Assembly (NCBI RefSeq): GCF_009914755.1
Contig: NC_060929.1
Reading direction: 5' to 3' (one strand)
Source of the DNA: the human T2T-CHM13v2.0 reference genome, Homo sapiens
DNA length: 64,000 nucleotides
Of this stretch, positions 54,159-64,000 are shown piece by piece (position 1 is the stretch's first letter; each line of letters starts with the position of its first letter). Made by a program: the position numbers and the translations under genes. The notes under the pieces are model-generated. The model was not told the DNA's origin. It did not search any database and worked only from the letters and a program-made list of their open reading frames with translations.

Positions 54159-57100
54159 TTACTAAACTCTTCAGTTCTTTACTGAGGGAGAAACTAAGAG
54201 TTGGAGTGACTCAAATGCCTGCTCATTAAAAAATGACGAGAAATTAAGGATTTGAAGTGAACATGACAGAAGTGCACACTGGGTCATCTGGTTTAATCTT
54301 TGTCATTTTTACTGGACGGGAATCTAAAATGCCAGCGTCTGGTTCAATACTGCATACTCTTCATCCGGACTCCTGGGCCCTCTTCCTTCCTCAGGAAATC
54401 TAGGTCATTGCCCATGGGCTCAGACACCCAGACCCTTTCCCTCTTCAACCCAAAGAGCTCTAAGCTCACAGTCTGGAGATTTCTCTCTCTCTCTGCCAGG
54501 TAACCAGCCTTCCTGCCGCTCTCACAGACCCCAACTCCTTCCTGCTTGTTGACTCCAAACACCCCTTTCTGATCCCACTCCCTCCCAACATGCAGCCTCC
54601 TGTTTACTAGGCAGGGCCCTCCTCACACTCATCGCATGAATCCCTAACTTTTCCTTTCCTCACACGGTCCTCCTTCTTGGCTCAGTGCTTCACGTCGCCA
54701 TTTTATTTTCTTTGTCTGGCATCAAATTCAAAGGCCCCTCTGATCAGACTCCCCAAGCTGGAGGCTGTGAGTATGTGGGAAAGAAATGGGAAGGACTCTC
54801 TCAATTTCCCCAGCCCTGGAAGAGGAGCAGCAGACCCTCAACACCCCACCTCACGCCCTGCCCCCTTTCCTCTCCACTTCTTCCTCAATTGCCAATCTCC
54901 CAGCAGAACCAGGATCCGTTGTGCTGCCTGGGACAAGGAAGGATGCCGTGGATATCTGAAGATGCTCTCCTGGTACTAGAATCCTGCAGCTTTTTGGCCT
55001 AACAGTGCAGAGCTTCAGCTTGGATGTGGAAAGGGCCTAGCAGAACTAGTTGCAAGTTCTGCTTCAAAGAGGGACAGGTATTCTCCCAGGCAGAGCCACC
55101 TTTTATCCCTACAGGGAGTTTCCTACTTTGTCACCTCCATTCACAGATTTGGTGGGCCACTGTGTGACAGCTGTCTTTGTCGGGGTACTGAGATGATCAA
55201 AGAGAAATGAGGCCATGCTCAGCTGGAGTTCTGGAAGATGAGATAAAATGTAAAGAATACCCTTTATAAAGATAAGAGGTTCTTAGCTTCTTGGGGATCA
55301 TAATCCCTTATGACGGACAAAGGGCTCTCTCACCAGAAAAATGTACATGTGCAAAAGCACCCAAGGCTCTGCACACAGCAACAGGGCCCCACCCTCTCAA
55401 GGACCAGGAGAGAGCAGTTGGCAGGTAGGCAGAGCACCAAGGCCCCCTTCCCCATGCAGAGAAGGTGAGGGAAACCTGGCCCCATCCTAGATTCAGTCTC
55501 CAGGTCCTGGTCACAGGAAAAGAGCAGGCGAATGAGCACATTTCTTACTTTTCTTTTTGGGGGACAGCCCAATTAAACAGGGGCCTTCATCCCTACTGTT
55601 ATTTAAATTGGGGCTCCAGAGCCAGGATTTTCCTCCAGGTCCAGAGGTGAGTAAAATGCTCTTCACAGTGTTTCATAAGGGAACATCTACATAACTCTCC
55701 CTATGGCCTTGGACCAAATCTGTTACTCCTGACTGGTGAGCCAGACCTGGGGGCCTTCCTAGGTTACTAGAGAGGAGAAGACCCCCTAGACATACACACT
55801 GGTGCACAGACACATACGTGTACAGACACACATGTATACACACACATACACACAAATGTATAAACACAAAGAGCCAAGAGATGCATCTGCACAGTGAAAA
55901 CTTCTCTGGACTCTAACCTTTGCTGAAGCACTGGCCAGGGCAAAATAAATGAAGTCTCCATAGTTAAAACAACAACAAAAAACCCAAACCAAAACAAAAA
56001 TAAATGTCTTATAGGCAAATGAGAGCAAAGTCTGTAGGAGCCCCAATTTAGTCCAGAACTTCTCTACCCATTTAAAGCATTTATAATGGACTCATCTACT
56101 TAACTCGGGGCACAAGAAGTAGGATGGTTTTCACTGTTAATTTGGAGTGTTCTTCCCAGGTTTTTCTCTCAAGGTAATAAGAGAAAATAAAAGTGTCTTT
56201 TATATGTTTTGCATTTATAATTCAATTAACAAACATTTACTGTGGGTAGACTATGTGCTAGTACGTGCCAGGCACCACAGCAAACAATCGGACAGACATG
56301 TCCCAACCCCTACCCCACATTACAGAAATAATTCCAGGTGCAGTGAGTCTTCCCACAGGTGCTTTGGCTGTCTTCTCATCCAGGAGTCATGGAAGGGCCC
56401 CCTAAGGGGAAGTGACATCTAACACCTGCTGGAAGGTAAAAGTAGCGTGTGGGTCTCCATCCTCCTGTGGGGTCTGTGTGCCCCAGACATGGCTTCTCAG
56501 TACCTCTGACCTTCCTTCTCACTCTTGCCCTTCCTGGCAGCAGGCATGCATGTGGACTGGGACCTTGGTCCCTACAGTTATTAGCCCGTGGCACAACAGG
56601 GAGCTGTGCAAGGTTTTGGGAGTATCAGCTGTGGTAAATCTGGGGTGGCAGAATGGTCCCAGGCTAGCCTGGGGTCGGAGTCACAAGTGAGATAGGGCTG
56701 ATGCTGCTGAAATGCTGGGGGAGAGCTTGTCCTTTGAGCAACTCCATTTTTCTATCTACTTCCCCCCTGCACCTCCAGCTCTTCCCTGATACCTCCAGCC
56801 TTCCTCCTCACTATGAAGGCAACTGCCTGAGGCCCAGAAGAATCCAGCAAACAGCCCTGACATGTAAGGCACCATTAGGATAATTCCAAAATGCCACTCA
56901 TGGCCTACATGTGTTATCCTGCCCGCCTCTCCAGGCCCATCTCCCCCTGGCTTTCTCTATCCAACATATCAGTTTTTCCTCAGTTCTCATTGTCACCACC
57001 ATGTTCCCCATGTTCCTGGGGTCTCCATTTACACTATTCCCTCTGCCTACAAGGCTTCCTCCACTCTAATCCCCACCCAGACTTTTCCATTACTTCATGA

Positions 57101-58071
57101 ACTCCTGTTCACCCACTAGGTCTCACCTCAATCACCTACGTGTCAGAGCAGCCCTCGTCGTCCTTTGGTTCTGTGCGCTGGCAGCCCATGCTCCTTTTCA
57201 TACTGTGTGGTTATCCAATTATTACCCATTCCTCCCACTAGGTTATGTGATCTGTGTGAGCAGGGACAGGCCTGCTGCTCACCACTGTGTCTGGCACCTG
57301 TCACAAAGTCTGCCACATAGTAGACTGTCTGTAAAAGTATGAGTGTTTGGGTGGATACATGAATCATGGAATGTCTTGTATGGGGAAAGGTAGCCATGCC
57401 GAGCAGATGCCCAGCCCTCACTTTGTGTGCTGGGCTGGCAGTGTTGGAGTCCAGGAAGTCCATGGTGTCTACCATGCCCCTAGTCATCTTATCAGGAAAG
57501 TGACCTGAGCCACTTCATTCCTGGATCAGTGGTTTTGGCTTATGTCATGTGGTTCAAGTGGTAGCACCCCTGTAGCTCTGTCCATAATGGCCTAGATGAG
57601 GACTGATGTCCCTACCAAACTGTAAAAGGGCTGGGCGTGAGATAAACCAATGCTTTCTAAGGAGGCTTGGCATGAACTTCTAACCAATAGGGGTGCTTCA
57701 TTTTGGGTAATGGCAAACTTAGGAGTTTCTTTTGAGACAACTAACTACAAAGAACTCTGTAAAAGTTCAAAAAAGAGAAGAAGGGCCACTCTAGGGCTGG
57801 CTGGATCCCCAACTGCTGGACAAGCCAGCCTCAGTAGACTGATACCATAAAGTATGTCTTTATGGTCAAGGAAACCATATTCCTTGTCACCTCAAACTCT
57901 CATGTGTCCTTGCAAAATGCCTCTTCTACCACTGCTAACTTGTATTCACCCCTTCCTTTCCATTATAAGGAGTAAGAAGAAAACAAGTGTAAGGCTAAGG
58001 AATGAGTTTCTTTTGGTATGTTTGTCTTCATGTGTGCTGTGGAGAAAAGGACTTCATTAAAGTACTTTTTA

Positions 58072-58353
<282 letters not shown>

Positions 58354-58917
58354 CTACAGGGCATTAGCCTGCTGACTAAATTTTTTATTGCATCCTAGTA
58401 GTTCTAGAACTGTTGGGGTCTTCAAAGTGAAATATCACAGCTCAATGATGACATGACTTGCTTATGAATCATGGTAATCATCAGCACCCCAGGTGCTAAA
58501 TCCTTCAAGAGTCAATGTAGATGTAGGTGTTTGGGTATCTGGCTGCCTCATTACTCCAATTTGTCTGTGGCTATGTCAATGTTACAAAGACAACAAGCAA
58601 ACCATGAGAATATCTGTTTCTCTGAGGCTGGTTGTAGGCCTCAAAAAATGAACTCCAGGTATTGATGATGAGATGAGTAGAAAGAGAGAAAAAAAATACA
58701 CTTTAAAAATTAGCTCAGCCAATGATGATCAGAAAAATAAAGAGGGTGTTTTTGGATCATCTTATTCAGGCAAACTAGAGATTAAGCGATTTATGTCTGT
58801 CTCCCTGACTTGATTTTATTCCCTGAGAGCAGAGCCTTTGCCTGTTTTTACTCTATAGGGCATTCCCCAGGGCTGGGCACATAACAAGCACTCAGCAAAT
58901 GTTTGTTGAGTGAATAA

Positions 58918-59327
<410 letters not shown>

Positions 59328-61209
59328 GGTGTGTATTCTTTTCCACTGATATCTTTGTCTTTGAATATCCTTATTTTTCATGAATAAATAGAGAAATGTA
59401 TAGAATAATTTCTTACCTTATAGTTCCTAGCATATAATGGAAACTCATCTAGCAATCATAAGCAGGTAAAGTAAATATTTACTCTCATATGAGAACAGAC
59501 TTCCTTCCAATGGTCATGGAAGCCAGAAGCAGTCCCCAGATGGTTTTTGCTCTGATCTCAGAGACATTATACCCAAGACCACTTTGGAGCTCAGAAGTCG
59601 TACAAATTCTCATTTCTGACAGAATGACCTGGCAGGGGGCTCCTTCTGCTCCATCTGTGACACATTTGAAGCAGAGGACTTTGTTGACTTTCTACCCTCT
59701 TTTTAAAACCTTTGAAATTTAGTTTTCAGTACACAATGCAACAGTGCTCTATAAAAGCAGGTCTGTGGAGGCAACACAGATGAGATCAACATCCCTGGAC
59801 TGCTTAGCATGGTCTCTCTCTGCAGTGGAAACCTTACACCACATGAGGTGGGTAGCTAGAGTTGACTTAGAAGAGCTTAACTGATTTGATTCAACACTTT
59901 AAATCACCTCTAATGTGGCACATTAGTAATGCCACCATATTGTAAATGATACATCCACAGAAGCATTAGTCATTATACAAATAGAATGAATAGGTTTCAC
60001 TACACTTCAAGATAAACATGTCGAAACACTAACTCCATTCACTCAGGGCCTTTTGAGCTTGCTCAGGGCCCTTACCTGGCTGTTAGAATAAATACAAAGT
60101 TTTATGGCTTACTTTCTCTGTATGACTTCACCATCACCCAATACAAATTCAGGCTAGAAATTGCAGTTGTGCACATTGACACATTTATTTATTCATTCTC
60201 TTACTTAGTAACCTATTGTTTTCTCAGCTTGGTTTACAGAGTATTATGGTTCCCTGACATTGATCACAGGATTCATAAGTACCATTTTTGTTAGAGTGCA
60301 AAAGTTTAGAATGGTTCTGCATCTCAAAAAGAGTGAGTCAAGAAAGCAGGCAGTATTGTGTCATGGTTAGAGCAAGAGCTTGAGAGTTAGGTTCACTTGG
60401 ATTTGAATTCTAGTTTCATCGCTATGTGTATAAACTCAGGAAATGACTTCACTTTTCTGAACCTCCATTTTCTTATCTGTAAAATGGTTGTAAAACCCCT
60501 CACCTCTCTCCATTTCAGCATTGTGTATCTCTTTTCCTTTTTATGCACCTTCCAGAATGTCAAGCATCAATAAAAGATCCTTGAGGATCAGCCAGGTCAT
60601 GAAGGAGGAGGAGATATGTAAGGTGGCCTGGGAAGGAAAGGTAGCACTGGTTACAGGAAGGGACATCTCCTTTAGTGATTACTATAAAAGCAAAGGTGTG
60701 CTGATGGCAATGTGATGGCCAGGTGGGAGGTGGGAACAGTAAGGACAGCAAAAACACCAGTTTAATGACAAGGAAAAGGAAGGAGGTATAGGAGACGCTA
60801 GGAGAGGTTGGAAGGGACTGAGCTGTAGAAAGCAGAGAATGCAAGATTTTACAGAATATAGCAAAGTAAGAAATGGGCTTCATGTACAAAATATTTCAAA
60901 CAAATTCTCTTATATCCTTTAATGATTAACAAAGCATTTTGCAAATACCAGTTTCTAAAAAAATGAAGCTTCCAAGGCAGGTTACAAACACTTCTGAGAG
61001 TTGTAAACCCTCACAGGCTATAGGAATATGTGCATTCACAACAGCTAGTTCTTTAATGGCTTGTGCCTTAGTTTCTTCCTTTATAAAAAGGAGAATGATA
61101 ATGTTGGTAACCATGACTACATTGTAGGTTATCGTAGCATTTCATCAAATATAAAAGGCGTGTCACTCTGTACTTTGCATAAATAAGTGCTTAATCAATA
61201 TCAGCTATT

Positions 61210-61252
61210 TATGTGTGTGTGCATGTGTGTGTATGTGTGTGTGTGTGTGTGC
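61210..61252. repeat. Imperfect (TG)n
   Basis: Directly visible. Confidence 0.88.
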
Positions 61253-63149
61253 ATAAAGAGATGTCTTGTAAGATGTTCCATCAATGTATTGACCATGGTC
61301 ATTTCTGATTCATGGGATTTTAAGTAATTTTTACCTTTTTGGACCTTTTTGCTATAATTTGAATTTTCCCAATAAACATGCATTATTTGTGTAAAAACTA
61401 TAAAGCGATTTTTTAAAAATCCATACTTAGCAATGAAACATTTCAGATAATGTAGCTGAGTGGGATACAGCTTTGCTTGTAACAGCCTTTCCAATGATCA
61501 GACTGAATAGTTAACCCTTCAGTGCTAAAAACTCTATTTCAGAAAAAGGTCCTTGTTTTACATTTTCATAATTAAATGGTCTATTACAGGTGGAAGCTTT
61601 TTACAAAACAAGGAGTTCCTTAAAGGTAAGAAGAGTCTCCTCCACTGAGAATATGTAGGCTTCCAGCTTTGAAAGGATAGATTTTTGATTTTTAGTCTGA
61701 GAGTCTTCCATCTAGCGTTTATGGATTTTGAAGACAGAAGACAACCAAACATCCCCCAGAAGACTGTTAGCTTCACTAGCACAGGGAAAGTATAATTCAC
61801 CTTTGTATTCCCAGGGCTTGACACAGTGCCAGGCACGGAGTAGGTACTATATAAACATTTTTATGTTGAATGAATAATCGAATGAATGAATGGTAAGTTT
61901 AAGGGCTGAGTTTCTGCTTGGGAGATGGAGAGAGTCACACTCTCTTACATACTAATATTTGAATAGGAAATTTAAAAAAATTAAATGGGAGCAAAGTGAT
62001 TTTAACTAGGAGCACACATAAGACCAAAATTGAAGCAGAAAATTCAATGTCCCTTTATTAAAGGCCTACAGCACACCGGGCCCTGATCTACATGTTGAGG
62101 ACAGTTGTGAAGAGGAGCTTAATTACATTGGGGAATACAGACTTTGATCAAGCCATGACATGTGGGAGGTGAGTCCCTGCAGGGAAAGAGCTGGATGCTT
62201 TGGCAGCATATGATGGGGGCACCCAGTCTAGGTAGGGTGCAGTGGGGAAAGCAGACATGGCCAGGGAAGGCCTTTGTAAGAAATTGGCATTGAAGTTGAG
62301 ACCCAAGGTTGATGAGAAGGAGCAAGAAAAGTCAAGAGTGGCGGCAAAACATTTCAGAAGCTTCCAAGGTGGAGACATAGAACAAGCTAGGGGACCACAG
62401 GTACAAAGATCCTAATCTGGGGAAGAGTTTGTGATATGTGAGGAACAAAAAGAAGGTCAGTGTGAGCAAGGCACCTGCGAGAAGTGGGCCATGGCAGGGA
62501 TCACATCACTCGGGTCAGGGCCATGGGAGGAAGTTGGGATTTGATATGATGTGTAATGGGAAGATCTTGAAGAGCTTTACTGTGACAGTAACCATAATCT
62601 TATTTATATTTTCAACATGGAATAGCTGTTGGGTGATAGAGGGGGTAGAGTGAGGCTGAGTGGAGGCAGAAGATAGTCCAGGCAAGAAATAAGGGTGACC
62701 CGGACTATGACCTGGGTCTATCTGTAGACAGTAGACATGGAGAGAAGTGGATGGATTTGAGCTATGGTTTGAAGGTAAAACTGATAAGACTTGGCAAATG
62801 GAAAGTTGAAGGGCAGCCCTATTTAACTCTGGCTGCTCTGTCTAACAGCAGCCATCCTTTTTCATCCCAGCACTCTCTCCCCCAACTTCCATTCATGGTT
62901 TTATTTTTCTACAGGTACTTGTTACCATGGGACATATTAAGTTTTATTTGTTTTCTCACTATTAATAATTATCTGTTTATTACAGCTTTAACTTTTGTCT
63001 ATTTTGTTTAATGTCCTATTCCTTATGCCCCAAACATTCTTGGCACATATTAGGTATTCAATAAATATTTATTGCCTTATTGAATAAGGGCATTAATTTA
63101 ATAAATGAATAAGTAAATGAGGGTGAGAGACAAGGTAAGTGAAGAATGT

Positions 63150-63530
63150 TTTTAGTTGGCTATTCCTTCATAACAAACAAACCTAGAATCTCAGTGGTAT
63201 ACAACAACAGACATTACTTTTTCTCACTCTTGGGTCTGTGAATCAGCTTGGGTAGCTGTGCTTCAGGCTTGCAGGTCTGTTGAGCTAGGCTCTGGACTGT
63301 GGGTTGGGATCCACTCTGCTCCATGTGTATTTTCATCTTCCTTGGCTCAATGGCTACCTGGAGTCTGTTCTTCTAAATGGTAGATGGCAAAAGCACAAAA
63401 GACCAAATTCAATTTCAAAGGAGCAAGGAAGAATATTTCACCTTCTCTGGTGGAAGATACTGCATGGCAAAGGGTATGAATGTATAATTCCACAACAGGG
63501 GGAGATTGAGGATTAAAGACCTATAATCCA
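63150..63530 (-). mobile_element. Old MLT1-type LTR remnant
   Basis: ataacaaacaaacctagaatctcagtggtatacaacaacagacatt...ctgctccatgtgt, typical of MLT1H-K in antisense. Confidence 0.62.
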
Positions 63531-64000
63531 ATCTTCCAATATGACAGCTAGGTATGGCTTGAACAACTACATGGATGGAACTGCCATTTACTGATATGGG
63601 GAAGACTGGAGCAGGAACAGGTTGGGGAGAGAGGATAAAAATTAGGAGTTCAAATTTTGACCTGATAAATCCAGTGAGACTGCCAATGACAGGAATCACA
63701 AGTGGTAGAAATGTAACTGGCTTAAGCAAAAGCAGAATATAATGGTGAATGTAATTGGGAAGTCTAAGGAGGATCTTCAGAGCTTCAGGTACAGCTGGAT
63801 CCAGGAACTCAAAAAATTTTGTCAGGGATTTGACTTAGCTTCTGTTTCTTTGATCTGTTTCTCTTTTTTGGCTTCACTTCCAAGCAAACTCCCTCCACAT
63901 GGTGGTGAGATGGATCCTGGAAGCCTCAGAGTCACCCTTAGCTTAGCAATGACAGTAAAAAGAAGGACTTTTCTCTCTTATCCATACATCAGTCTAAGAG

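Noticed and set aside
56672-56681. GGGTCGGAGT, identical to the first 10 nt of nc886
   Set aside because: No A box, B box or terminator follows, and a 10-mer match in 64 kb is compatible with chance.

Overview
Human (primate) genomic DNA, recognisable as 5q31 immediately downstream of TGFBI and upstream of SMAD5. Bases 1-~315 are the end of the TGFBI 3' UTR with its AATAAA signal. The rest is repeat-rich intergenic sequence (L1, L2, MIR, Alu, MaLR LTRs, hAT MITEs, microsatellites), and no protein-coding exon is supported; the ORF track is repeat-derived or spurious. The key feature is the RNA polymerase III gene VTRNA2-1 (nc886) on the minus strand at 17016-17116. It lies in a CpG-rich domain (~15.8-17.5 kb) bracketed by two co-oriented CTCF motifs. 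This is the known maternally methylated, polymorphically imprinted nc886 locus, so the system itself is not new. Observations that may be less well described: a weak T4 terminator followed by AATAAA and a T6 back-up terminator, no ZFP57 hexamer found by eye in the DMR, an Alu-Alu recombination duplication, and a dense CArG/YY1/E2F/SOX motif cluster. Repeat subfamily calls and most repeat boundaries are by eye and approximate.
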